Assembly (NCBI GenBank): GCA_034521595.1
Contig: JAXHMG010000003.1
Coordinates: 2,496,001 to 2,560,000 of the forward strand
DNA length: 64,000 bases
Direction: 5' to 3'
Source of the DNA: Gemmatimonadota bacterium
GTDB lineage: Bacteria > Gemmatimonadota > Gemmatimonadetes > Longimicrobiales > Gaopeijiaceae
Shown here: positions 28,341-37,618 of the stretch, one piece after another
Layout of the letters: every line of letters begins with the position of its first letter
Numbering within the stretch: position 1 is the stretch's first letter
Translations under genes and position numbers: made by a program
Notes under the pieces: generated by a model
Told to the model about the DNA's origin: nothing
Databases searched by the model: none
What the model saw: the letters and a program-made list of their open reading frames with translations, nothing else

Positions 28341-30050
28341 CTAGAAGTCGACGTCCCGAACGCGCCGCACACCGGCGCTCAAGGGAAGCCAGATGGCCAG
28401 CACGGTCAGGCCTACGACTCCGCCGAGGCCAGCCACCACGGGGACGAGCGAGGCGCCCGAAGCTCCATCCCCGTCCAGGCCGGCGCTCAGATACACATAA
28501 ACCGGCCAACCCTCGAGCACGACGACGAGCCCCAGGTAGATGACGGCCGCCATCATGAAGAGCAACCCGCCGAACGAGGTCGGGATCTCGGCCACGTTCT
28601 CGGTCTCGTAGTTCGGGTAGAGCGCGCCGAGCCCCAGGGCGAGGGCGGTCAGCGCGAAGGTCATCGCGACCATCGTGAGGCTCGTGAGCACGAGGATCGG
28701 CCAGGAAGCCTCGAGCACGATGTTCGTCACCACGATGAGCGGGACGGCCACGACCAGGAGCGGGACCGTGCCCACCCAATACTTCGACCAGAAGAGCGCG
28801 CGCACGTCGAGAGGGGACGACCTCAGCAGCCACATCATCCGTCCCTCGACGGACACCGCGGGAAACACGAAGCGCGCCGCGATGGCCGCGACCACGAAGC
28901 CCGCGAGGCCGAGGTTCAGGAAGGATACGACGTTGATGAGCAGGAAGGAGACCTGCTCCCCGGTATAGAGCGGAAGGGCTCCGATGTTGTAGACGTAAAC
29001 GACGACCAAGACAGCCAGAAGAATGAGCTGCGACCACTGGGTCGTGTCCCGGAAGAACGTGCGAACCTCTTTCACGACGACCCCCCGAGTGCTCGGCCGG
29101 AGCCAGAAGAGCAAGCGCTCGGGCAGGATCGACCGGCTCCGCCCTTCGCTCCGCTCCGCACCTTCTTGAGCCCGCGAAAATCCTTCGGGAAAGTACCTCC
29201 GATGGAGCCATGCGCCGATGACGACGAACGCGGCCGCCGTGCTCCAGAGGAACGCGAACGGGAACCAGTCGAAGAAGCCGTTCAGGTACGACATGAGCGT
29301 GTCGGCCACCCACTCGCTGGGTAGCCACGGGGAGGTCGGCGTCTGCAGCACCGCCACGAAGTCCACCAGGTCGCGGAACTCCTCCGGTCTCATGAGTCGC
29401 TCCGGCCGCAGGAACCGGAACAGCGCCACGACCCCGGCCGCGGCGAAGAGTCCGATGAGCGCGAGGAGGTCCCGAGTGCGCCTCGCCGGGAACACGTTCA
29501 CCAGCGCGAGCGTCACCGCGCTCCCCACCACCGCCGGCACGACGAGGAACGGAACCAGCGTCGCGAGGGCCAGCACGTAGTAGCCCCAGTCCGCGGCATA
29601 GACGACCCCGTAAGCCGCCAACAACGGCACGGCGAGCAGGGCGACCATCCAGGAAGAGTCGACGATCGTCTCCGTGAGCCGCGCCGTGTAGACGGTCGCC
29701 GGGTCCGTGGGTGACGCGACCATCAACTCCAGATCTTCCGAGAGAAAGAAGGTCGATAGCGCCGTGATGACATTGGACAGCACCAGGATCATCAGGAACG
29801 TCACGAACGCGAGACCGAGAAGCTTGGCCGACAGGACGTCTCCGATTCCCTGGGTGCCCCGGAAATACAGGAGCATCCGGAAGATCACCGCGAAGATAAG
29901 CCCCCAGAAGAAGATGCCGACCGTTCCGAGCAACACGCCCTTGAACAGCCGTCCCTCTCCGCCCCGAGCCCGGTTGAGCTTCGTCGTGAGCTTCGGCCGG
30001 AGCAGCCAGCCCGCCCCGGCACGCCTCCGAGCCACGGATCCGTCCTTCAT
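28341..30050 (-). CDS. Putative ABC exporter permease (multi-TM)
   Basis: Many TM segments; SEDLELMVASP, KEVRTFFRD, SVEGRMMWLLRSSP; follows the ABC ATPase. Confidence 0.82.
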   Translation of the reverse strand: MKDGSVARRRAGAGWLLRPKLTTKLNRARGGEGRLFKGVLLGTVGIFFWGLIFAVIFRMLLYFRGTQGIGDVLSAKLLGLAFVTFLMILVLSNVITALSTFFLSEDLELMVASPTDPATVYTARLTETIVDSSWMVALLAVPLLAAYGVVYAADWGYYVLALATLVPFLVVPAVVGSAVTLALVNVFPARRTRDLLALIGLFAAAGVVALFRFLRPERLMRPEEFRDLVDFVAVLQTPTSPWLPSEWVADTLMSYLNGFFDWFPFAFLWSTAAAFVVIGAWLHRRYFPEGFSRAQEGAERSEGRSRSILPERLLFWLRPSTRGVVVKEVRTFFRDTTQWSQLILLAVLVVVYVYNIGALPLYTGEQVSFLLINVVSFLNLGLAGFVVAAIAARFVFPAVSVEGRMMWLLRSSPLDVRALFWSKYWVGTVPLLVVAVPLIVVTNIVLEASWPILVLTSLTMVAMTFALTALALGLGALYPNYETENVAEIPTSFGGLLFMMAAVIYLGLVVVLEGWPVYVYLSAGLDGDGASGASLVPVVAGLGGVVGLTVLAIWLPLSAGVRRVRDVDF

Positions 30051-30071
30051 CGTCTTCGCCCACTCGAACGA

Positions 30072-30896
30072 CTAGAGGGCATCGCGCAGGCCGGCGATCA
30101 CGTCCGCCATCACGTCGCCGCCGGTCACCTTCAGAAAGATCTCCTCGAGGTGTGCGCTCCCGGACTCCGCCTGGGCGCGAAGCTCGTCCATGGTACCCGA
30201 GGCGATGATCCGACCTTCCTGAATGATCGAGATCCGGTCGCAAAGAGCCTCGGCGACCTCGAGCGTGTGCGTGGACAGGAAGACCGTGCCCCCTTCGCTC
30301 ACGAAGGTCTGGAGGAGATCCTTCAGAAGCCGTGCGGCCCGGGGATCCAACCCCACCATGGGCTCGTCCACGACGATCAGGTCCGGCTGGTGGATGAGAG
30401 CCGACGCGATCAGGATCTTCTGCCGCATCCCGTGCGAGTAGCTCTCGATGAGCTCGTCCTTCCACGCCACCAGCCCGAAGAGCTCCAGGAGGCGGGCGGC
30501 CCGCTGGTCGGTCTCGGCATCCGCTCGCCCCCACAGCCCGGCCACGAACCGGAGGAACTCCGCACCCGAAAGCTTCTCGTACAGGAAGGGACGGTCGGGG
30601 ATGTAGCCGATGCGAGCCTTCGCCGCCTCGGGCTCACGCTCCATGTCCAGACCGCGCACCAGCACCTGTCCCGCGCTCGGCCGAAGCACGCCCGCGACCA
30701 TACGGATCGTCGTCGTCTTGCCGGCGCCGTTCGGGCCCAGAAAGCCGAAGATCTCGCCGGGCTCCGCGCGGAGGTCGAGCGCCTTGACGGCCTCGAAGTC
30801 ACCGTATCGCTTGACGACGCCTCGCAGATCCAGCATGGGCGTCGCCGGCCGCGCCGGCTCCGTGGCCGGGGACGTCACCGCTACGGGCTCGCTCAT
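30072..30896 (-). CDS. ABC transporter ATP-binding protein
   Basis: GPNGAGKTT, YSHGMRQK, VVDEP, STH; TGATG overlap with the upstream gene. Confidence 0.93.
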   Translation of the reverse strand: MSEPVAVTSPATEPARPATPMLDLRGVVKRYGDFEAVKALDLRAEPGEIFGFLGPNGAGKTTTIRMVAGVLRPSAGQVLVRGLDMEREPEAAKARIGYIPDRPFLYEKLSGAEFLRFVAGLWGRADAETDQRAARLLELFGLVAWKDELIESYSHGMRQKILIASALIHQPDLIVVDEPMVGLDPRAARLLKDLLQTFVSEGGTVFLSTHTLEVAEALCDRISIIQEGRIIASGTMDELRAQAESGSAHLEEIFLKVTGGDVMADVIAGLRDAL

Positions 30897-32446
30897 CAGT
30901 CCGCAGCCTCCCTGTCGAGGACTTCGATATCCAGGTTGCCGATGAGCCGGACGATCTCGACCTGTTGGGCCAACCCGCCCACCACGAACCGGATGTGCGA
31001 AGCGTCGGCCGGGTACTGCCCAAAGGTGGGATCGACGGCCACCCACTCCCCCAACCAGACCTCGGGCCAGGCGTGGTAGAAGAACGCGCCGTTCACGTAC
31101 ACCAAGCCGACCGCGGTGCGCGCGGGTAGGCCGAGGGCCCGGGCGAGCGCGACGTAAAGGACCGTATGCTCGTTGCAGTCGCCGCGCAGCGTCTCGAGCA
31201 CCTGGACCGCATTCGGCATCGAGAAGGTGATGCGCTTGTCGAGCATGCCGTGGACCGAGTTGGTGAGCCCCTCGGCGACGGAAGACGGGTCCTGAGCCCA
31301 GGAGGCCCGGCTCGCCGTGATCTCCCGCGCCCTGTCGATGATGCGTTGGTCGTCGCTCTGGATGAGCGGCTCGGGCTCCAGCGCCTCCCGCAGGTCCATG
31401 CGCTTGTACGGGAGCGTGTACCCGGGAGCGAGCTCGCTGCGATCCTCCCTGCGCACGATCAGGGTGTCGCCTCGGAGGGTCTGACGCCCTCCGTCGAGCT
31501 CGAACCCGCTCAGATCCACGCCCGACAGGCGGAAGCGCAGCTCGTCGAACTCCTCGGCGTTGGAAAGGTCCACGTTGCTCTGGACGGCGGTCGAGAGGAT
31601 CACGTCGTCATCCACCGGAGAGCCCTCCGCGAGACGGCTGTCCTCCTGAGCCTGTCGGGCGAGCTCGTATTCGGTCTTCTCCATGGAGAAGCCCATGGGG
31701 CTGGACGCGCGCAGGATCCGTCCGTCCTCGTCGACCCAACTCTCCACCTGCATCCCGCCGAAGACCTCCGCGATGCGCCACGCCGGCACGGAATCGGACC
31801 GCGCCGGCTCCCAGCGTCCCTCGGCCGATCTCGCGACCGAATCGGTGACGACGAGCGTGTCGCGCTCGAGGACGCGCACTTCCACCGTCCGAGTGGACAA
31901 GGCGGTCGGATCGAATACCGGAAGCTGCACGCGGTTGCCCACCTCGAGATCCCCTCCCATCGCGACCCGGATCGGGACGAGGTTCGCGAAGACCGGAGGT
32001 TGCGCCAGCCGGAAGCTCAGCTCCTGCCGATTTCCCGCCGACTCGACCGAGACGGCCAGCGTGGTGTCCGGCAGCAACTCCCCTTCCGCGCGAAAACGCC
32101 CCACTTCGCTATCGAGTGTGAAGCTGAACGACCGCATGGTCAGCGACCGGTCCAGCTCCACACGCGTCCTGGAGACGGCCGACCCGGTCTGGCCGAGCGC
32201 CGGCATCTCCAGATTCATCACGTCTTCGAGCGCGAATCCGTCGGAGAGGGTGTCGAGCCGCGACGTGGCCTGACCCACCGTGCGGTCCCCCATCGTCAGC
32301 GTGTAGAAGCTCACGCCCGGAGCCAGCCCGAGCGTGGCGTCGGCCAGGCGCACGAGCTCCGGTTGGAAGTATTCGCGCCGGATCTGCCAGCCCACCATCC
32401 CCAGCCAAGCGACGACCAAAAGCAGCGCGAGGCTACGTCTCAGCAT
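30896..32446 (-). CDS. Exported transglutaminase-like domain protein
   Basis: N-terminal TM/signal; C-terminal GDCNEH...YHAW...WVAVDPT Cys-His-Asp triad. Confidence 0.88.
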   Translation of the reverse strand: MLRRSLALLLVVAWLGMVGWQIRREYFQPELVRLADATLGLAPGVSFYTLTMGDRTVGQATSRLDTLSDGFALEDVMNLEMPALGQTGSAVSRTRVELDRSLTMRSFSFTLDSEVGRFRAEGELLPDTTLAVSVESAGNRQELSFRLAQPPVFANLVPIRVAMGGDLEVGNRVQLPVFDPTALSTRTVEVRVLERDTLVVTDSVARSAEGRWEPARSDSVPAWRIAEVFGGMQVESWVDEDGRILRASSPMGFSMEKTEYELARQAQEDSRLAEGSPVDDDVILSTAVQSNVDLSNAEEFDELRFRLSGVDLSGFELDGGRQTLRGDTLIVRREDRSELAPGYTLPYKRMDLREALEPEPLIQSDDQRIIDRAREITASRASWAQDPSSVAEGLTNSVHGMLDKRITFSMPNAVQVLETLRGDCNEHTVLYVALARALGLPARTAVGLVYVNGAFFYHAWPEVWLGEWVAVDPTFGQYPADASHIRFVVGGLAQQVEIVRLIGNLDIEVLDREAAD

Positions 32447-32595
32447 GTGAAGTCCCCGTCTTCAGAGAGGGTCACGAACGAAGCCGCCCGGGCTGTCGGG
32501 GGGATGGGGCGACCAACCCTGTACAAGTCTCGGGGCGCACCGTTCCTCACGGAAGCGTCGAACACCCGCCGGAGGGTCCGCACGTGGATCCGGGC

Positions 32596-33087
32596 TCAAC
32601 CCAGCATGCGAGCCAGGAGGTCCCGCTCGAACTCGTTGATCGCCACGACGCGCAGCTCTCGCGGTGGCTCCCCGGTCTCGAGGTGCCCTTGGAGCACGTC
32701 GAGAAAGGCCCGCGCGGACTCCTCGGGGTTCATGCTTCCGGCCCCGAGCCCCAACGCCGGGAGCGACAGAGACGTGACGCCCCAGTCCCGAGCCCGCGCC
32801 AACCCGTTGCCGAGGGCACGCTCCACCGTCGCCCGACTTTGGGGCTCCTCCATCGACATGACGACGGCGTGGATCAAGAACGAGGCCACGAGCCCTCCGC
32901 CGGGAGTCAACACCGCACCGCCGACGGGCACGCGCCCGGTAGCCTCCAGCCGGTCTTCGACCGCGGCTCCGGCACGCTGTCCGACGTCGCGCGCAGCAGC
33001 GGTCACCGGCGCGAGGTCGGACCGGATCGGTCGGAGCACGGCGTCGGTGTCCTGATCCGACAGCTCGCCCTGGACGATCTCGATCAT
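32596..33087 (-). CDS. Macro domain protein (degenerate)
   Basis: IEIVQGEL...DAV, GGAVLTPGGGL...LIHAV, SLSLPALGLG fold pattern. Confidence 0.75.
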   Translation of the reverse strand: MIEIVQGELSDQDTDAVLRPIRSDLAPVTAAARDVGQRAGAAVEDRLEATGRVPVGGAVLTPGGGLVASFLIHAVVMSMEEPQSRATVERALGNGLARARDWGVTSLSLPALGLGAGSMNPEESARAFLDVLQGHLETGEPPRELRVVAINEFERDLLARMLG

Positions 33088-33782
33088 CGATCCTGGAGCG
33101 CTCGCGCCCGCCGATACATGGCCGTCGCTTCAGCGGGCTCGAACCTGCGATCGTGCAGGTGTCCGAGCGTATAACACACCCTCGGATCGTCCGGAAGCAG
33201 CTCGGCAGCCCGCTGCATCACCGCGAACGCTTCCTCATACCGCCCGAGCCGATTCAGCGCCTCACCGCGATAGTAGTGCGCCGGTCCATGCTCCGGGTCC
33301 CGGTCGCAGACCCAGCGCAACTCCGGCTCGGCCTGCTGATACACGCCCTTCCGGAAGCGAACGATGCCGAGCTCCGCCCTCGGCTCGACGGCATCCGGCG
33401 CGAGCCTGAGCACTCTGCGCAGGACGGACTCCGCGTCACGATACTCCCCGAGCGCGCCGAGGCTGGCACCGAGGTTCGTCAGCACCTCGACGTTCTCCGG
33501 CTCCAGGCGCTGCGCGCTGCGAAACCGCTCGGTCGCTTCTCGGTGGCGACCGAGCTCGTCGTAAAGCACCCCCAGATTGTTCAGGGCCTTCAGGTTGTCC
33601 GGATCGTCTTTGAGGACCTCGACGTACAGCTCGACGGCTTCCTCGACGTTTCCCTCACCGACCAGGGCCTTGGCGCGCGCCAGGCGCTCGTCTCCTTCGT
33701 CCGCCGACGCCGCGGGTTCCCTTTGCTCGACCTCGGGAGCTTCCTCGGGGGCGCCTTCATCGCCCGTTCCCGTCCCCTTCAT
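33084..33782 (-). CDS. Tetratricopeptide repeat protein
   Basis: ALNNLGVLY, VLTNLGASL, AHYYRGEAL, VCYTLG repeats of about 34 aa. Confidence 0.9.
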   Translation of the reverse strand: MKGTGTGDEGAPEEAPEVEQREPAASADEGDERLARAKALVGEGNVEEAVELYVEVLKDDPDNLKALNNLGVLYDELGRHREATERFRSAQRLEPENVEVLTNLGASLGALGEYRDAESVLRRVLRLAPDAVEPRAELGIVRFRKGVYQQAEPELRWVCDRDPEHGPAHYYRGEALNRLGRYEEAFAVMQRAAELLPDDPRVCYTLGHLHDRRFEPAEATAMYRRARALQDR

Positions 33783-34117
33783 GGTCCGGGCCTCACCTCC
33801 TCCCGCACCCAGGCCAGGTACCGCTCATCTCCCCCTCCCACCGGAAGCTCGATCACCTCGGGCGAATCATAGGGATGCAACTCGATCACGCGCCGCCGCA
33901 GGCGCTCGAAGCCGTCCGAGGTGCTTTTCACGACCATCAGCACCTCGGCTTCCTTCTCCACCGAACCTTCCCAGCGGAACAGCGAGGTCACGCCCGGCAC
34001 GAGGTTCACGCATGCCGCGAGGTGCTCGTCGACGAGCACGCGGCCCACCCTCTCGGCCACATCCGTGTCGGGAGCCGTGATGAGAACGACGGAAATGCCG
34101 CGTCCACCGTCAGTCAT
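33779..34117 (-). CDS. cutA: Divalent-cation tolerance protein CutA
   Basis: LAACVN, SLFRWEG, HPYDSPEVI, YLAW motifs. Confidence 0.92.
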   Translation of the reverse strand: MTDGGRGISVVLITAPDTDVAERVGRVLVDEHLAACVNLVPGVTSLFRWEGSVEKEAEVLMVVKSTSDGFERLRRRVIELHPYDSPEVIELPVGGGDERYLAWVREEVRPGP

Positions 34118-35957
34118 CTGGATCGTACCCTCCATCGGCGGGTTCGTGTTCGTACAAGGCGTCGATGATCTCCTCGAAGTGCTCCTGCACCTTCCGTCTC
34201 TTGACCTTGAGCGACGGGGTGAGGAAGCCGTTCTCGACCGTCAACTCCTCGGACAGCAGAGCCAGCTTCTTCGGACGCTCGTAGCGGGCCACGTCGTCCA
34301 TGGACTCCAACGTCTCATGCTCCATGTGGGCCACGACTTCCGGGTGGCGCACCAATTCTTCTCGACCGGTCCATTTGAGCCCCTTCCCTTGCGCCCATCG
34401 CTCCAGGGCGGCGAAATCCGGCACGACGAGCAGGGAGGGGAACCGCCGCCGATCGCCGACGACCACGGCCTGTTCCACCAACGGATGCGTCTTGATCCGG
34501 TTCTCGATGGGTTGCGGCGCGATGTTCTTTCCACCGGCCGTCACGATGATATCCTTTTTCCGGTCCGTTATCGACAAATATCCGTCGTCGTCGATCTCGC
34601 CGATGTCCCCCGTCGCGAACCAACCCTCCTCGTCGATGACCGCCCGGGTCGCCTCCTCGTTCTTATAGTAGCCCTTCATGACCTGAGGACCGCGGACCAG
34701 GATCTCGCCGTCGTCGGCGATTCGCACCTCGGTCCCCGCAACAGGCTTGCCCACCGTCCCGATGCGGAAGTCCTCCTCGGTGTTCACATTGGTCACCGGA
34801 CTGGTCTCGGTGAGCCCGTAACCTTCGAGAATCGTGAGGCCGATGGAATAGAAGAAACGGTTCAGCTCCGGCGCGAGTGGTCCACCCCCGCTGACGAAGA
34901 TGCGGATACGACCTCCCACGGCATCCCTCACCTTGGAAAAGACCAGCCGGTCCGCGATGCGATACTGCAACGCCAGGAGGCCCTTCACGGGGCGCCCGGC
35001 CAGGCGGTCGTCAGCGGCACGATCAGCCACGCGCGCCCCCCAGCGCACGAGGAGCTTCTTCACTCCGGTCGCCGCCATCACGCGGTTGTGGACCTTCTCG
35101 TAGATGCGGGGAACCGAGACGACGACCGTCGGCTGAATGACCTTCATGTCGTCGGTCAGCGTATCGATGCTGCGCGGGTACGCGATCCGACAGCCCACCC
35201 ACATGAACAGGTAGTCGCACATGCGTTGCAGGATGTGCGACAGCGGGAGAAAGCTGACGGTGCTGTCGGCCTCGGTGACCTCGAACGCCATGCTGCTCGC
35301 GCGCACGTTGGACGCGATGTTGTTGTGCGAGAGCACGACCCCCTTCGGATCCCCGGTCGTTCCCGACGTATACAGGATCGTGGCCGTGTCGTCGGGAGTG
35401 ATGGAACTTGCCTTGCGGCGGAACTCCTCTTCCGTCGACCCGTCGGCGCGCTCGCGCCCCCGTTCGAGGAACTCCTCCCAGGGCACGACGCCGTCCGGAA
35501 GGTCGCCCGGGTCGAAGACCACCACCGTGATCTCCTGTGGACACTGCTCGGCGGCTTCGAGGACTTTCTCCGCCTGTTCGGGATCGGAGACGAAGGCCAT
35601 CCGCGCTCCCGAATCGCGCAACAGGTAGGCAGCCTGCCCCGCCGTCAACGTCGGGTAGATCGGGACCGGAATGATCGCCGTGCACAGGCATCCGTAATCC
35701 ACGAACGCCCACTCCGGCCGGTTCTCCGAAAGGATCGCGACCCGGTCGCTCCGGTCCACCCCGGACTCCTCCAGAGCGGCCGCGATGGTCCGGACCACGT
35801 CGAACGCCTCCCCGAAGGTGATGTCTTCGAGCACGCCCTCCGAGGGCATCCGCTGGAACGCGACCCGATCACGATGGCGGTCCAGAGACTCGAAGAAGAG
35901 CTCGGTGAGCGTCGACTCCGGCACGGGCGTCGGGTTCGAAGCGTAGTCGCGCGTCAT
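34110..35957 (-). CDS. Long-chain fatty acid-CoA ligase (AMP-binding)
   Basis: YTSGTTGDPKG, FLPLSH, EGYGLTETSP, WFATGDIG, ITDRKKD, LTPSLKVKR. Confidence 0.93.
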   Translation of the reverse strand: MTRDYASNPTPVPESTLTELFFESLDRHRDRVAFQRMPSEGVLEDITFGEAFDVVRTIAAALEESGVDRSDRVAILSENRPEWAFVDYGCLCTAIIPVPIYPTLTAGQAAYLLRDSGARMAFVSDPEQAEKVLEAAEQCPQEITVVVFDPGDLPDGVVPWEEFLERGRERADGSTEEEFRRKASSITPDDTATILYTSGTTGDPKGVVLSHNNIASNVRASSMAFEVTEADSTVSFLPLSHILQRMCDYLFMWVGCRIAYPRSIDTLTDDMKVIQPTVVVSVPRIYEKVHNRVMAATGVKKLLVRWGARVADRAADDRLAGRPVKGLLALQYRIADRLVFSKVRDAVGGRIRIFVSGGGPLAPELNRFFYSIGLTILEGYGLTETSPVTNVNTEEDFRIGTVGKPVAGTEVRIADDGEILVRGPQVMKGYYKNEEATRAVIDEEGWFATGDIGEIDDDGYLSITDRKKDIIVTAGGKNIAPQPIENRIKTHPLVEQAVVVGDRRRFPSLLVVPDFAALERWAQGKGLKWTGREELVRHPEVVAHMEHETLESMDDVARYERPKKLALLSEELTVENGFLTPSLKVKRRKVQEHFEEIIDALYEHEPADGGYDPDD

Positions 35958-36406
35958 CCGAGGGACGCCGCGTCGGGCCCGGAGAAGCCGGGAACGGTGA
36001 CGGTCACGTCCATCGACGGGTCCAACGAGTGGAGCACGCTGCAATACTTGTCTCGGGAGAGCTCCACCGCCCGCAGAACCTTTTCGGCGTCCTCGGGACC
36101 CGGGCCCTTCACGCGGCATACGAGCTCGAGACGCACGTACCGCCTGGGCGCCTCTTCGGCCCGCTCTCCAATCGCCTCGATCTCGAGACCATCCATCGGC
36201 ACACGCGACTTCTCGAGGATCATCTTGATGTCGATGCCCATGCAGCCGGCGACGGCCAACAAGAGCTGCTGCATGGGCGCGGGACCCTGGTCGGCGCCAC
36301 CGTCCACCACGACCTCGGGACCACCATCCGGACCACCCCGGAAGACGAGACCGTCACCGCTCCAACGAAGGCGGATTTGGCGGAGGTTCTCATTCGAAGA
36401 AGTCAT
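35954..36406 (-). CDS. OsmC/YhfA family protein
   Basis: GPAPMQ..L.AVAGCMG and SRDKYCSV conserved Cys pair. Confidence 0.88.
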   Translation of the reverse strand: MTSSNENLRQIRLRWSGDGLVFRGGPDGGPEVVVDGGADQGPAPMQQLLLAVAGCMGIDIKMILEKSRVPMDGLEIEAIGERAEEAPRRYVRLELVCRVKGPGPEDAEKVLRAVELSRDKYCSVLHSLDPSMDVTVTVPGFSGPDAASLG

Positions 36407-36848
36407 CGGGTGCCGGTTGGTCGAGAGAGCGGTCATGCGCCTCCCCTCGCAGCTTGGCGAGCGTGCGGCGCGCGTGTTCTATGTGGTCGCTGGCCTCCCC
36501 CCCCTCCGGAGGCTGAGCGAGAAAGGCTTCGAGGTGGGGAATGCACTGCTCCGGGGACTCCGTGTGAAGGAGAATGAACGCCAGTCCGTAATGGGCTCCC
36601 GCGGAGGCCGGATTCTTCTGGAGCACGTGTCGGTAGGTCTTGGCGGCTTCCTCCAACATCCCGATCCGTGTGTAACACATCGCGATCTGCTGGAGCACGA
36701 CCGGATCACCCGGCGACTCCTTGAGCGCGAGGCGGAACGAGGTCAACGCCTCGTGGATCTTTTCCGCGGCGAGCAACTCCTCACCTTCGCGGTAGTAGTC
36801 GACACGATCGGGATCGTCGTCACCGAAGAGCTTCTTCCAAAACGCCAT
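36390..36848 (-). CDS. Tetratricopeptide repeat protein
   Basis: MAFWKKLFG start; VLQQIAMCY and AHYGLAFIL TPR-like repeats. Confidence 0.8.
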   Translation of the reverse strand: MAFWKKLFGDDDPDRVDYYREGEELLAAEKIHEALTSFRLALKESPGDPVVLQQIAMCYTRIGMLEEAAKTYRHVLQKNPASAGAHYGLAFILLHTESPEQCIPHLEAFLAQPPEGGEASDHIEHARRTLAKLRGEAHDRSLDQPAPDDFFE

Positions 36849-36951
36849 GCGTAGGGGGCCGGGAAGGGGACGGAAGGACACGCTCCGTACCGGTGCGAGA
36901 CCGTCCGGGGGCTGCGTGAAGGTAGACGAGCGCCAGGGGTCGACGCAACGC

Positions 36952-37587
36952 TCAACTCCGTGCCGCGACGACGGTTCCGGCTTCGGTCGCGAGGACCTCG
37001 AGCCCGTGCGATTCGAGCGCCTTTGCCGTCTCGGCCCCGGCGTGCACGACCACCACCCGTCCCTTCGGCACGACGACACGCGCAGCCTCCGCCAGCAGTT
37101 CGGAACCGAGGCGACCGTCGATCGCGATCCCACGCAGGGACAAGCTGTATACCGGCAAGCCCGGAGTGGCCATCAATCGGCTCACGCCGTTGCTTTCAGG
37201 CCACATCTTCTGATCCGGATCGATCGCCAGGACGTGCACGTCGTCCACCCGGTCCGCGAGCGCACGAGCGTGCCGGGAGGGCGCCCCCACGAGCGCGAGC
37301 GTTCCCGGACCCTGGGTCACGCCGAGCAAAGCGATGACCTTGTCCGCATCGGTGTCGGCTTCCCCCTCCCCTCCGGGCATCCCCGCAAGGCCCTCGGGCA
37401 TCTCACGGCGAGGCGGGGCGCGGAGATCCCCGAAGCCATCCCGTACGGGAAAGGCGTCACGACAGTTCGGACATCCGAGCGTACCGTGGAGCACCCTGCG
37501 ATCCTCGAGTCGATCGGCCAGAAGGATGAGGCCGAACTCCGGACCACAACGGGGACAACTCAGACGATCGGTCAGCAGAAGGTGCAT
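36952..37587 (-). CDS. Trm112-like zinc-ribbon domain fused to a degenerate methyltransferase-like fold
   Basis: LSCPRC...LGCPNCRDAFPVRDG N-terminus; C-terminal VLAID and LAEAARVVVPKGRVVV resembling class I MTase motifs. Confidence 0.6.
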   Translation of the reverse strand: MHLLLTDRLSCPRCGPEFGLILLADRLEDRRVLHGTLGCPNCRDAFPVRDGFGDLRAPPRREMPEGLAGMPGGEGEADTDADKVIALLGVTQGPGTLALVGAPSRHARALADRVDDVHVLAIDPDQKMWPESNGVSRLMATPGLPVYSLSLRGIAIDGRLGSELLAEAARVVVPKGRVVVVHAGAETAKALESHGLEVLATEAGTVVAARS

Positions 37588-37618
37588 GGAGCGCTCGGGC
37601 CGCGAGGCCGGTCGCGGG

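Noticed and set aside
33921-36854. 977-aa plus-strand ORF, and similar long ORFs such as 14355-16298, 17767-19572, 28210-30534, 31166-33055 and 41446-43086
   Set aside because: Antisense or off-frame shadows of clearly identifiable genes; long stop-free frames are expected in high-GC DNA and the translations lack motifs.
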